A DNA stretch of 64,000 nucleotides. Source: Eledone cirrhosa (taxonomy: Eukaryota). The translations under genes and the position numbers were made by a program. This document shows, one piece after another, positions 1-13,440 of the stretch. The first letter of the stretch is position 1. Each line of letters starts with the position of its first letter. The stretch spans positions 186,001-250,000 of the forward strand of contig CAXHJY010000514.1 in the NCBI GenBank assembly GCA_964016885.1. The letters run 5' to 3'. The notes below the pieces were generated by a model, which had not been told where the DNA came from, searched no databases, and was given only the letters and a program-made list of their open reading frames with translations.

Positions 1-205
1 TCTTGACAAAGTCTCTCCACAATTTATGATTTTCCATTGCTCCTGGCTACTTCCCTCTACTGAGGTTTGTATCATTTGAGAGTTGATTGATGAAGGTTCA
101 AGCTAGTTTTCCTCTATTGCATCTCCCGTATGTTGGTTCCCACAATAGTAGCTTGTATATAACTTCCTGCTTATTTCTCCAGCAATGTCCTGCAAATCTT
201 AACTG
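1..205 (-). mobile_element. Degraded RTE-clade LINE, 3' end of ORF
   Basis: The minus strand translates to LRFAGHCWRNKQEVIYKLLLWEPTYGRCNRGKLA*TFINQLSNDTNL...AMENHKLWRDFVK, a typical RTE C-terminus. It is homologous to 4490-4655. Confidence 0.75.
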
Positions 206-1879
206 TTCAAATTAGCAACTGAAAAACAGACAGTGACATGTAATTACTAAGAATATAAAATCAATCCTTTTCATATGATATAATGTGAGGAGTTATCAAG
301 CAGACTGCCCAGGGGTTAAACAAAAAAAAAAACATGAAAATCTACATTTGATCCACAAATGTAGTTGTCTTCTATGTTCTCTTAATGAATCCTTATTTCT
401 TATGGCTACCCAATTGAAGACTAATTTATCTAGGTAACACAGTCTAAAAATATTGACTCATTACTGTCTGTCAATGATTTTTATTCAGCTTTCTTGTACA
501 GTTAATTGCATTTTAGGGTTTTTTAATACTTCTATTACCATATTTCTAACAAATACATACTACTTTTGTGTTTTAATTATCAAAGTAATCAATGATTTTG
601 AAAGGTTTAGTGAAACAATTGACTTTCAACTTAGTAATATAAGGCAAATATTTAATTACTGAAATCTAATATTATTTACAATCTTATAGCAAGATTCATC
701 CCAAGATTGGCATTGAAATTTGAACCCTTCGACCAGATTTCGGCCAGGTTGATGCTTAAATAAATAAATAGATTTGCAATAATGTAAACGAGTAATCAGT
801 TGTTTGAACCACTGAATTATCTGCCTCTGAAATTAATGTGTAAATGGCTGAGTATTCCACTGCCCTTTGAAAATAATAAAACTCAATCTTTTATTTCATA
901 AATATGTAGTCAGTGCTTCTTTATAATTAAAGTATTGATTAATCCTATTCATCAGCACTAATTAATGTTTTGTAAAGTTTGGTTATTACAAGGCCAATAA
1001 GTAATGGCAAAGAGTATGATTTCACAGACAATAGCTAAAAACCAGAAACATTTGGAATTGTCTTATTTGCTTGTTCATCTAGAGAAAGTGTTAGCTAACC
1101 TCTAAATATTATTTCCTAAACCCTGTATTTAACTATACTGTGATTTTTTTTTTTTTTTTTTTTTTCCGCAATAACTTTCAGAAAAATAGTTAATGTGGCT
1201 GTCTTCTTGTTGAAGTATTTATTGTTAACTGGTATTTTTTGTTTTAAATATTTGAAGATCAAGGTGTCTATATATTTGATATCTTGAAGAGGATGTCATA
1301 TTCTCGTAGGTATTTCCTCTGGTGGCAACTACTCAATAAACGTATCTTCACGGGGAAGTAAAACTTCTTCTCTTACCAAATTATAGTGAATCATGTGAGA
1401 ATATATCTATAGAATTTGACACACTTCGACTTAAATGAATTACTGAAATTTATTCCAAACTCTACATTACTAATAGAAAATCATTTATCTTGATGAGCTG
1501 TCTTTATACCTTAATTTACACAAAGGTCAGAAATAGGAAGATTCAGCCAGCTTTAAATTTACATTCAAGTGTTTTATGGATGAAATTGGTGGTTTAATAA
1601 CTTTACACTAAGAGCAAGTTGATTCTAAGTGATATAATTTTTGTTTCTGAAGAAGAAATGTTTAATAAAAGTGAATATTCAAGTACAAATGAAATAGAAA
1701 CCTAAAAATAAATGTTAAACCCAGTGTAAATAATTAACGTTGAAAATAAAGATATTACATCTTTTTTTAATATGTCAAATTTGCACTGAAAAATTGTCCA
1801 TATAAATGTAGCCGAGTAAAATATTTATTGAAAATAATCTGACATTAAAAGTAACAAGTTACAAAATGGTAATTTGGTC

Positions 1880-3860
1880 TTGAAACATCTCAACCAAATA
1901 TAATTGAATAACGTCCAATTTGCACTGCAGTTCTTGTCTTGCACATCCTGTACTCTGGATATCTATTTAGGTGCAATAATGTTTTCTCTCTGTAGGTTTT
2001 AGGATAGTTCTTTTGACAAAATCCATCCTGCATACATGGGGAAGGATTTTTAGAACAACATTTCCTTTGGGTCAAAAGCTTTTTAACCTGTTCATGTAGT
2101 ACTGGATCGTTTTCCAATGCAGAAATTCTGTCAATGTTTTCTCTGTTTTGAAGGTTGTGTTCATTTCTTAAAATGGCCAACATATGCCAATGAGGAAGAC
2201 CTCATCTTTTGGAATTAAACACATGAACATGAGCCACTAGCACACGAAGAATGTGTCTTTCTTTGATATTTTTCATCATTCCAGAAGGCTGAGCCTTAAA
2301 AGTCCTGGCAACTAAATCTGGTCTGTTTTCTCCTGCTTCATTTTGATTTAGATTATTTTGAATATCAGAGCATTTAGGATAGCATGTATAAGTTATAAAA
2401 AGATCTGGTTTGCCATATTTTGCAACAATTGGCATGGTTCTTGAGTTCCCAGTGAAGGATGATGGCAGAATAAACTTGCACCCTAGGCTCAGTGTTATCG
2501 TATGCTCCTCTGTTTATATAATCCATTGAACCATTATATTCATCCACTCACAATTGGGCTTGATTGTTCCTCAAATATTGAATCCTGCAGCCCTCATTCA
2601 CATTGGCATACACTGAATACTGCTGAAATAATTTGTCTGCCCTATGTATCACACTAAATCATCATCTATATGTTATACAGTATCAGTAATACTCCTGCAT
2701 TGTCAGTCTATTGCTCGCATGGGTCCTGTGTTCCTCTGCATGCTGCATGTCACTATGCTACCCAACTTCACCATGTGGAAGCAATAAAGAATAGATCATG
2801 TCCAAGAGGCATGAAGTATATGATATTTTCTCAAGAAGGTGGTCTTTATGGTAGATGGCACTATAACTGTGTACAGATAGGGCACCATCTATCCCCACAC
2901 AAACAATAGCTATTTTATTGCTAGTTGTTAAATTATAGCATCTCGTATCTGATCCTCTTTTAAATTTTAATTCACAATTCTGTACAAGATGATTTTCTCT
3001 TTTCTCTTTTTGCTGCTTTTCTCGTTCAATAGCATGCATAGTTTTGTACACTTCCATATGCAGATTACATTCATGCAACTCTTCATTTATTATAGTGTTG
3101 TTTGCAGTGAGCAGTCATTATTTGGTGGTGCTTCAAATCTGTGCTGCACAGCTTCATTCACCTCAATAACATAACTGGTCATAGTGTTGTGTATTTTCTG
3201 CAGGGTACAGAGTATGGTGTAGTGATATGTTTGACCCTTAATACGAAAACAATATGGGTCTCTGCCAAGTGGTAAGACAAGTGTAGCACAAAATAAAGTG
3301 AAAGAAAATGCACAATTGTAATTGTGGGTGTTCCCGTAAAGTGCAACTGCTTAGGGTATATTTGTAATGAAGGCAGCACAACTTTCCCATTATCACAACT
3401 TTCATTTCAAAATGTCAAAGCACCAAAAGGATCGCACAAAACATTCATATTATCAATACGCAATTCTTCTACATTACCATTAGTATTAATTGCTGGGCTA
3501 TTTCAATTTTACCTAAGATGCTCATTATGCATTCCATTCTGTCTGAAATTGAGCAGTTCTTCAGCATTCATGTTTTCTATTCGAAGTCTGCATACCTCTT
3601 TCTGCTGCTCAAGAAAATATGCTCGTTCATTCTTTTGGATATGATCTCTCCTTTCCTCTTGTCCTAGTCCATCATGCTCCAAATATTTTTGATGCTCCTC
3701 TTGTTGCATATTATCTCTTCTTACTTGTTGTCTGAGTGTTTGTACCTCTTGATGTTCATCATGAAGCATAATATCTCTTCTCTTCTGTTGCCTATTCTAG
3801 CTTGCTTTAACTATTCTTGACTTTTTTCCAATTTACTCTTTTACCTGTTTCAGCCATCCG
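1880..3860 (-). mobile_element. Helitron Rep (HUH) fragment, pseudogenised, no helicase visible
   Basis: Fragments LFQQY, ILPSSFTG, YGKPDLFITYTC, RPDLVARTF, GLPHWHML (HUH, ~2175-2200) and PCMQDGFCQKNYPK are present. There is an N-terminal Q/E/R-rich coiled region (3509-3769) and many stops and frameshifts. Confidence 0.9.
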
Positions 3861-4489
3861 GCTCTCTTTTCTAGGTTGCTTTAAAATGAAACTCCTCTGT
3901 TCACCATTCATTTCAACAAATCTCTGGTATCATATTTTTTTATTTTTATTTTATCTTTTTTCTCTGTTCCTGACCGATCCTTGTTCTCTATCTGTACATC
4001 CTTTCTCAAGCAACTTCTAACCACCTTTCTTGTGAATCCATAGTTTGTATAGTTATAAGTCTGTCTATCTGTGTTTTTACTGCTATAAAGACTTAATATT
4101 TAACATGAAAAATATAGAGGTAAAAACAATGATGATGAATATTGGTTCAAAATTTCAACAAAAGAATTGCTTGAAGTTTTGGGCAAAGAGCTTAACTTAG
4201 TTGTTGGTTGAATTAATTCTCATTTCTTATTGTCTATATTTTAGGTAAGTGTAATGAAATAACAAATAGTGAATTACATTAAATATAACATAAGCAGTAT
4301 GAAATATGAAAACATAAAAAAATAAAATAATCTAAATCTTAATAATTTAAACACTTAAATGAAAGTTTACTTAACAGAATATTGGGAAGAATTAATCAGG
4401 TGGTATGGATGAAAATATCTGTACAGAGGTTTATTGATCAAGCAATCATTACAAACAGAAATTGGGTTTATCAGCATCATCATTGAGAC

Positions 4490-4655
4490 CTCAGTCAAAC
4501 ATTCGTAACAAGGTCCCTCCACAATTCACACTTTTCCATTGCTCCTGGCAATTGCTCCCTTCTGAGGTTGGTATCAGCTGAGAGTTGATTGATGAAGGTT
4601 CAAGCAGGTTTTCCTCTACTACATTTCCCATGAGTTGGTTCCCTGAATAAGTCAT
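4490..4655 (-). mobile_element. Degraded RTE-clade LINE 3' fragment
   Basis: Translates to DLFREPTHGKCSRGKPA*TFINQLSADTNLRREQLPGAMEKCELWRDLVTNV, the same family as 1-205. Confidence 0.75.
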
Positions 4656-5454
4656 TTCTGTAGAAGATATAGAAAAACAAGACTTTGAACTATTTCCCTT
4701 TATCATTTAAACACTTGGCCATGGTGCCCTGCAGTGGCATAGAACCTGAAACTATGTGGTTACAAAGTGAATTTATTAACCACAGAGCCATGCTTGCACA
4801 TTATCACGAACAGAAATTCTATTTTAAAAATAGTAGTAACTAATCCATTCAGGTTATATGAGAGTTAACCATAAAAATTTCTTAAACTTTAATGAGTAGA
4901 TTAAACATGTTTTCCAATAAATACTGACAGTCATTTAATGTCACATTAATCAGATTTTAGTAGTGATTATAATTAGATTAGCTCATACTCTGATTGAAGA
5001 ATTTAAGATATACCCGAAGATCTTATTTTTTTTTTATTTCATACTAATCAAAGGATTGCTGCCGTGCTGGGCACCACATTCAAATGGTTTATGCGCTCAT
5101 ATCTATGCTCAGTACTGATTTTAGTTTATACTCATTTTATCAGTCTCTATTTAGTGAATGAGCATGCTTTACCTTTTGGGATGTGAAGGGACACAGGCAG
5201 ATGCTTAACATTACACTGGTGTACAGAAACGTAGATATACACATACACCGATATACACAAATTTATTCAAAGGGCTTGTAATGAAAGTATGGTATAGTCC
5301 CATAACTCATTGTGGAGTCATAAGGGTGCCATAGGAATATACAGCGTTTCTTGGCCATTATAATCTTGCTGGAGCCCATCACTCTCTAGGCATGAGTACA
5401 GCAGAATTCTTCCATAGAAGGATTGAAAGTGAGATTGGAACCTAGTACTAGGCT

Positions 5455-5593
5455 GATACTTTTATTTTCAACCTGGAATAGATGAAATGCAAAGTTGACC
5501 TTGGTGCAATTTAAACTCAGAGAGCAGAGAAGCAGAACAAATACCACAAAACACTCTATCCAACATTCTAATGACTCGGCTTATTCACCGCCT
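5455..5593 (-). mobile_element. Old Meta-domain tRNA-SINE remnant
   Basis: gatgaaatgcaaagttgacc...aactcag...ttcaccgcc aligns with the younger copies at 15584 and 58523. Confidence 0.6.
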
Positions 5594-6162
5594 AAATGAA
5601 ATTAGCCATCATCAAATAAGGTACTGAAAACACAATAAAATGCAGGGGATATATATATTTACTAATACATAACATGTTTTATGGAGTGAATAGTAATATT
5701 CAGTTTCTTTACCAAATTTTAACAAAGTCATGATTATGTGTGTGTGTGTGTGTGTGTGTGTCCATACACACACACACAGACACACACTCACATGGACACA
5801 TGCTTGTGTAGCTTTATTTACTTTTACAAGACATCCTGAGCAGCCAGATTTATTTGTATATACCCTGTAATTGTTATAAACCTTTGACTCTCTCTCTCAC
5901 ATACTTTCAAAGTGCAAAACACCCCATTTTTAAACTTTTGGCCCGCAACCGTTTTTATTTTACATTTAATTGTATTTCATTAAATCTAAATGTATAGTTT
6001 GTATTCTGTAATATTTTCTGGCCCTCTGTACTAACAAATGTTAACCAGAAAATAGATAATTTGAAAAGGAAAAAATAGAAAAAAAAGCTCAAATATTGAT
6101 ATATACAGTAAATTGAAATTAAGTGAATACAAATGTGTATGAATTTCTACAATTACTGCTTC

Positions 6163-6354
6163 AACCCTTTTGTTATAAAACCTTCTAAAACCACTCCTGG
6201 TGCTCCAACACAAATTTGTTTGATCTAAAATGTTAATCTAAAAATCGTTCATCCTATTCTATGTTTAAAAAAATTGATTTAATCATGAGAAATTCTTGAT
6301 AAATTTCAAAATGAGTAGTACCTTTCGTAAGAAATATGGTAAGGAAAGGGGTTA
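6163..6354. mobile_element. Possible piggyBac-type MITE remnant
   Basis: Ends read aaccctttt... and ...aaaggggttaa. A related TTAA-bounded relic lies at ~6850-7054. Confidence 0.35.
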
Positions 6355-6357
6355 AAA

Positions 6358-6620
6358 CATGAGCGCACATGGTCTAATGGTTTGGATGTTTGATGTATGA
6401 CATTGGTTCGATTCCTATATTGTGTTCTTAAGAAAAACACTTTTTTCATATTGCTCCAGTACACTTAGCTGAGATGTGTACCAGTAGCTGCAGCTGGGAA
6501 ATTAAACCTGCGATAGACCAGCCTCCTGCCCAGGTAGAGTCTTATACTCTCAGTTGCTTATATCAAGGAAACCATGGATAAGCATCAGCCTGATGAGCCT
6601 TCAGTTTAGAACAGACTTAT
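6358..6620 (+). mobile_element. Old CORE-type tRNA SINE
   Basis: tRNA-like head (tggtctaatgg; ggttcgattcc) followed by a decayed CORE segment (tgtgttcttaagaaaaacactt...ttgctccagt). Confidence 0.55.
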
Positions 6621-8529
6621 ACTAACAAGGCTTTAACTAACAATGACTTAACTTTTGACTATGTCCTATGATGTTGAGTGTCATACATGAACTTAAGTTT
6701 GCCCTAAGATATCTTTAGGAAGAGAAATTTGGACTGAGGGATCACAAAACAGAAAACTAACAAGATCTAGGAAAAATTAATTTTGCAATGATTTTATATT
6801 CTTTCATGTGAAAAACAAAAACGTCTAGTACAATCATCATGACATAGATTAACTCTTTTGTGACCATTTTTCTAATGAGAACTCTCTATTTCAATTAACT
6901 CGTGAAGAATGTTATTTCCTTGTTAAGATAACTTGACATGTATTTCTTATATAAAATTATGTTTGAAGAATTTAAATAGAAATTATTAAAAATGAGTGGA
7001 TATGTTTCATAAAACTGAAATCAATTTTGGGCATGTTTAGTATGAAAATGGTTAATATTAATGATTACCAACAAATTATCTCTTTCATTCCACTGAATAT
7101 ACCTCATGAATAAAACTTTTAATCAAATTAAAGTAATATATAGTGAACACCCATGGAATAATCTAGAATACATGGCAACAGATTAAGAGTGGTTGGTTAT
7201 TTCTATATCAAAGTGGTGTGTTGTCACTCCTTAGATCACCAGATAGAATGTTAGCAGTATTAGTTCCAGTTCTCTGTGCTGTGTTCAAATCACACACAGA
7301 TTAACTTTGCTTTCTATCCATTCAAGGTCAATAAATAAAGTACCAGTCCAGTAATGGGTTGATTCTCTTTCTCTCTGTGGAAGAAATCAGCTGTGTTTTG
7401 ATATGGAGAAAGATGGGCTCTACCAGGTTTATAATACCCAACACCTGGCATGTGTCAGGATAATGTCCTATAACCCCAAGAGTGGAAGATCTTTTTTCTT
7501 CTAGTTGTATGTCAATGAGATTTTTGTTTCTTGGTTTAGAATGATTTAAACAAATCAATTATTTGAAAATATATATAGAAATGAGTGTAGATAGGAAGGC
7601 AAGAGGGAGTGGTGTATCAGTAGAAAGATTAGAGATGTTGAAAGAGAAAGATAGATATAAAAGTCATCTGTTATGAAAACAATGAAGAAAGATGTCATAT
7701 ACTATAACGAGTATTTTAAATGCCACAGGAATTTGTTTACTTGAATAAAATAGGTTAAAATATATGGAAAATGTTATTCAGGTTTTAAATAAACAGAAAA
7801 GTGAGAACATAATCCCTATATATATTACAGTCAAAGGTAAAATGTAACAACCTAAGACTTTGTGGAACTAAGTAAAAATATATTGAAGATGTATAAAATA
7901 GATTCTCTATAGGCAGTATGATTTATAATTTACAAATCATTATCTTACATCATTTCATTTCCCATTTCCATATTGGCATGGGTTAGACAGATTGTTATGG
8001 TCTAAAACCTGATGGGTTGTAACTACTGATCTTGCTCATTATGTTCAATATTTGCCATAGTTTTTATGACTAGATTACTTTCCTAGTACCATCCACTTTA
8101 CTGGCTGAGCTGGGTGTACTTTCCATGACACCAGCACTATTTACAGAGTGGACAGGGTTTATTCTATCATAATCCCAACACTAACACTTGACAGGGTGTA
8201 GCAGATGCATTTTATTGTTAAAGAGGTTGTCACATGTTAGGTTAGACTGGAGTGTCCTATCTAATCAATATGGTCTCCATTCAATTTTGATTGTCAGCTT
8301 CTGGTCAGTCTCTATTTTAGTTTTAGTGCAATAGCACTTGTACTGGTGTTTGACATATCTTTTTGCATATCTTACAGAAGCAGTTCAGTAACAATGGAAA
8401 TCATTATATACCTGAAAGCCAATTGGCACTTCACTAAACTGTACAAAAGAAAGTGTTGGTCATGAAATATATATATATATATGTGAAAATATAGATATAA
8501 AAGAAGGGAAGTAGGTGTAAAAGCCAAAC

Positions 8530-8945
8530 TCACTATCTTTTATTTAGCATTCATGCCAGCCTTTCTTTATGGTCATGAAACATGGGTAATGAGCGAAAGA
8601 TATGTTTGTGAATACAAGTGGTCAAAATAGGATTCTTCGAAGGGTCTTTGGAGTAATGTTACTAAAAAACGTGTGTAGCTCAGAGATCAGAGTATTGCTC
8701 ATGGTGGAGCCGCCACTTCTCCAAATCGAGATATCATGGCTCCAATATTACGGACAGGGGATTAGAATATCTAAGGAAAGAATCGCTGGATGGTAAAACC
8801 AACCGCCAGGAGACCCAGGGCTGGATAACATAAATGAGCTCAACTGGTCTCATTTGGGGATCCAGGCAGATCAATCAGAGATGGTTACTTATGAAAGGGC
8901 CTGATGGAAGGCATGCTTAAAGATTCTGCCTCCACGACCCTCAGT
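8530..8945 (+). mobile_element. Degraded RTE-clade LINE 3' fragment
   Basis: Frameshifted peptides LYGHETWVMSE, SSEIRVLLMVEPPLLQIEISWLQYYG and WKACLKILPPRP. Confidence 0.6.
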
Positions 8946-9954
8946 AGGCAAAGAAGTTATTTTTACTTGAAGTGAAATAAATAGAAAATAAGACTTAGTT
9001 AATAAAGCAAAGAATGAAGTCAGTGGTGAATTGTGTGTTGTTAAATGTAAAAAAGATATTATCACCTTACAAGGTGAAATTATCTTTTCTATGTTTACTG
9101 TATCAAATCTTCAGCAAATAGTTTTGTTCCAATGTCGCCAGAAAACAATTTACAGGAAAAAAAGACATTCCATTTAATATAAGTCTTATAATATCTATTC
9201 ATTCTACAACACTGCTGTTGATCTCAGCAAACATCCTACTACCAAAACGTATATAGTATACACGAACAGTGTGCTCTCTTTCTATAATGAAAAGTATAAG
9301 ATGTAAGAGCAATAACCCTATACAGATGACAAAGTAATATTAAATAATCTTATACATTAATTAATATCAACAGCTCTTCCTTTTATTTTGTTTTGATATG
9401 AACAGAGGAATCATTATACACATCATTATCCTAAAAGCATTTAAAATATTGACAATTTGATAACCTTGGGAAATGATCACATTGATTCCTACTTAGCCAT
9501 TCTCAGAGAAATTTAGAATATCTCATTTCTTAATATTTTCTTTAGCTTCAGTCTAGATAACAGTAAAATCCAGAATAAGCAGTTTTGCAAGTTATGCAAT
9601 TCATTGATAAGTCACATATAGCAATTCACTAAGACATGTCTTATCTGATCTGAATCAACAAGATCCCAGGCTTCATTTGCCTATCGAGGGTGGTGGGGCT
9701 AGTCTGATTGGACCAAGATACAATGTTTTCATTGGTCTTTCCAATTGCTCATACTATCTACTGATCTCAACCCCTGGCAGAACCTGTCCTATAGAAGACA
9801 TTAACTTTGGCTAGATCTTCCATTGCCAAAGTTTTTGCCAAAGACCTTGGAGTATATTTGTCAAAGACCTTGGAGTATTAAAAGTCATAACATTTGACAT
9901 TTGGAAAACACATGACAAAATGTGTAAATATTTATGAAATATGATTTTGGTGTA

Positions 9955-10155
9955 CGGTGGTCACCTAAAAAAGTTAATAGGCTGACTACGAAGTTATTGA
10001 TGCTAGAGCTGTAAAATCTTGCATGCATTAATTTCAACTCTTTTTATTAGTAACTGAATTGTTTCTTTCCCAGGAACTATTTTGAAAAATAAAACTTGTT
10101 TGGTCATTCCATGAGAATATCTTGGTCAGCCTATGAAGCTTTCAGCTGACCCCAG
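9955..10155. mobile_element. Mariner-type MITE
   Basis: TA-flanked, with ~30 bp imperfect TIRs: cggtggtcacctaaaaaagttaataggctgac and gtcagcctatgaagctttcagctgaccccag. Confidence 0.65.
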
Positions 10156-10726
10156 TATCATTAGTTTAGGAGTCTTTATTATTTTAAGTTTATTACTGTA
10201 GATTTAAGTAAGCAAGTGGACTTTTATATTCTCTCCAAATATTAAGAATCAGTTAAATGGCAGAGAAATTATTTGCTATTTAATCCAGTATCAGTTGTTA
10301 TAGTGTAAGGTCTTAAGTGGCTAGGATTCATATGATTAATATTTCTTTTCAATAGCTGGCAGATAATATCAGCAAGGGGTGATTTTAATACTCATGTAGC
10401 TCTTGATAATAATGGATATTTTGTGCATATTACTTGCTGGATGAAATTAGGCATGTGGATTTACAAAATGGTTTAGATATTGATAAATGAGAATAAATGG
10501 TAAAGTGTCTTTTGAAGATATATCTCTAGAATTTTATTTGTGAGTATGTGACGAAAGTTTAAGATGACATTTGCTGCAGTTAAAAAGAAAAGAAACCTTG
10601 ATGTGTTACATATTGGAATGCTGTGTGAAGTAAAATATATATTAACAATTCTGTTCAAGGGCAATTTCATCTCACCTTACGCATTAAAATACACTTTTGA
10701 AAAAGATCTAATGAAATACTTAAGGT

Positions 10727-11066
10727 ATAAAGTGTCTTGCTCAAGGAAGCAAGACCGGGTGATGTGTTGTTTCCTTGACAACACATCACCCGGTCTTGCT
10801 TCCTTGAGCAAGACACTTTATTTCACATTGCTCCAGTTTACTCAGCTGTAGAAATGAGATGATAGGGACTGGGCCCTTATCATTCCACTGCAAAGTGGTC
10901 GTGGAGGTGCCACGGCAGAAAACCACCCAGTACTCACTTTAAATGAGGTTGGTGTTAGGAAGGGCATCCAGCTGTAGAAATCAAGCCAGAATCAGTTCCC
11001 GTCCCACCCTTGCAAGCAGGGAAAAAGCGGACGTAAAATGAAATGATGATGAATGATGAATGATGA
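10727..11066 (+). mobile_element. CORE-SINE with RTE-type tail and rearranged (fold-back) 5' end
   Basis: CORE segment ttccttgagcaagacactttatttcacattgctccagtttactcagctgtagaaatgag, then ggtgttaggaagggcatcc, then a (GAT)n tail. A perfect 44-bp hairpin spans 10727-10821. Confidence 0.85.
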
Positions 11067-12107
11067 TATTAAATTGAAGTTCTGTTCTTGTCTCTATATA
11101 AGTGACAATCATTTTCAGCAATGACATGGAAATTTAATGATAAAAATATAACCTATAGATATAAAAGGCATGTTTGTTGAAATCTACTGAAGTAATAGTA
11201 ATATTGAAAAGTTGCTACATAAATGTCAATAAATGAAGTAAAATTACAATATCTTCATTATTTACATGCCTGTTTTCCATGCTTGTATATGTTGTATATA
11301 TTTTTGAAGCAGTCTTTTATGTTTGGTTGCATTTCCTGACATAAACCATTTTCGACACCTCTTGCAACATGTAAAAATGCAGTCATCTATTCTAAAAGCT
11401 AGGATATATACATAATATTTTGTTTTATGCAAGTTTATTTGGCTGTAAATGGTTGATACAAAATTACCATCAATTTACTCTTTACTTTTTGTCCAATTAC
11501 TGTAATTATCCTTAGAATTTATTGAAAAGGTCTTTTACACTATTTTCTCAACCTTTCCTATCAGGAGGTTTCCTTGAAATGCAGCACTTTTTCATGATCT
11601 TCCATTTGCTTTCTAAAGCTACAATGAAGTTGTCAATAATTAAAGGTTTACTAATTTCTTTAAAAGATGCATTGGAATGGCAGTCATTAGAAAATCTGAT
11701 GGAATATTTTGTGGTTTTCATTCTCACCCTCTTTTCTCTGAGTTCAAATCCTGCTGAGGTCAACTTTGCCTTTTATCCATTTGAGGTTGATAAAAAAAAG
11801 TACCAGTCTAGTATTGTAGCTGATTCTTCCTCTATATCTCTTTCCCACTTTTTTTCCTCACTAGCAATCCTTCTTTGGTAGAAATATGCTGTATTCAGAG
11901 CTGGAGAGGGATGGTCCCTGCCAGATTTAAAATGCACAAGAAAGGATGCATGTCACTACAGTGCTCCTACAACTTCAAAAGGGGTTATGGGACCATACAT
12001 ACAATATATTTAAAAATGTATTTCTGAAATTTTACATTTCTACCTTTTTCCCAAGTGTATTTCAATATGTTGTCTCTATTCTAATCTATTAGAAACCAAT
12101 TTTCTTA

Positions 12108-12275
12108 AGGATACCAGGTGTTGTGAGATATTCTTGAGACAGCCTTGTCACTTCTACCATAATCTAAAGAGTTGCTGCATGCAATGCAGGAGAGAAAATT
12201 AATGAATAAGTACCAGTCATTGGCAGGCAAATTCTTCTTTGTACCAGATGCTATTGCGACGGCTAGGGGTCCTCA
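12108..12275 (+). mobile_element. Relic of a restriction-like endonuclease domain (CRE-clade non-LTR element)
   Basis: Frameshifted DTRCCE...VAACNAGEK / KYQSLAGKFFFVPDAIATA resembles the WDxTxxD...AExxKxxKYxxL...FxPxAxET RLE motif. Confidence 0.45.
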
Positions 12276-13074
12276 TTTCTTGGACTGAAACTTTACTTTG
12301 CATCCTTGATGCAGTGGATGTTGCTGGTTGTTCTTCATGACAACACTTTTGCCACCTTGTCTGTTGGATGTAGCTGAAATATGCTATTTAATTGAGAGTA
12401 TGGAACTTTCTTGTGTGTTTTTTTTTTGTTTTTTGTTTTACTTTTGCTGTGTATATCTAAAATATGTCGCTAGTAAAGTAAATTTATCAAGTATAAACTA
12501 CAGTACTAGAGTGGACAAGTATTTTATTTCACTTGTATACAATTAATGCAATCAGTATAATGTTCTTTGCTGTTTCTTCATAATAATGGGAAATAATTAT
12601 TGTTTGTAGAAGCTGACAAGAATTATAGCCACAAATGCATTTGTTTTATTCTCTTTTGAAAGTAAATAATTTTAATTGTTTGAAATATTTCACTATTAGG
12701 AATTACTTCATTGCTAACAAAAGATGATAATTTCATAACAAAGTATATGAAAATTTTAACTCTTTCTATTGGTTTTTCAACTAAAATCAATTAAGAAATT
12801 TAATCTCTTTAAGGCGTCTATGTCTGGCATAAATCTCATAGAAGCTACACCATGACAACAAAGTTATGGCATTTGTTCAATAGTCTTGGTAGTAAAGTCA
12901 TGTACTAATACTGTATAATTGCGAACTTATTATGGAACTATGAGAGCTTTATTCACTTGATTATTATTAATTTTGTTAGCTGACATAATTACTTAAAGCA
13001 TAGCAAACCAACACTATAATGTATATATATATATACACACACATACACATACATATATGTATATACATACATAC

Positions 13075-13440
13075 GTATATGTTATATCGAACATCAATAT
13101 TAATATTCGATTCATTTGCAAGCAAATGAACCAATTAAAGCTGTGCGTGCCGATGACCAATTGTCATCTGTTTGTTCAACACTGGCATCGGGGAACAATC
13201 AGTTTGTTTCCCGGTCATTACCCTTCATTAGGACTATTTCCCTCTCTGCTAATCTGTTGAACAGTTGAAAATATATAGTATTTTCTGAAGCATACATCGG
13301 CTGAGTAGCCTCATTTGAATACCAAGTGAGTTACGTCTAGCCTTGCCGAATATTAAAAATAAGATTATGATTTTATTTCTCGCTCTAGCACAGTTGATAC
13401 ATAAATGTAAGTATGTATACATACACGCATACATATATGC
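13075..13440 (-). mobile_element. Old divergent copy of hammerhead-bearing retrozyme-like family A
   Basis: Aligns with 57110-57350 (tttgttcaacactg...; cggctgagtagcctcatttgaataccaagtgagtt). It contains a degenerate hammerhead at 13191-13242 and is flanked by TA-rich microsatellite. Confidence 0.7.
13191..13242 (-). ncRNA. Degenerate type-I hammerhead ribozyme
   Basis: ATAGTC-CTAATGA-AGGGTAATGACCGG-GAAA-CAAACT-GATTGT. It occupies the same position as the intact ribozyme in other family A copies, but with different stem sequences. Confidence 0.55.

Noticed and set aside
6586-6615. CTGATGA hits here and at ~24760 as hammerheads
   Set aside because: There is no GAAA, stem III or stem I partner; the first lies in an old SINE tail.
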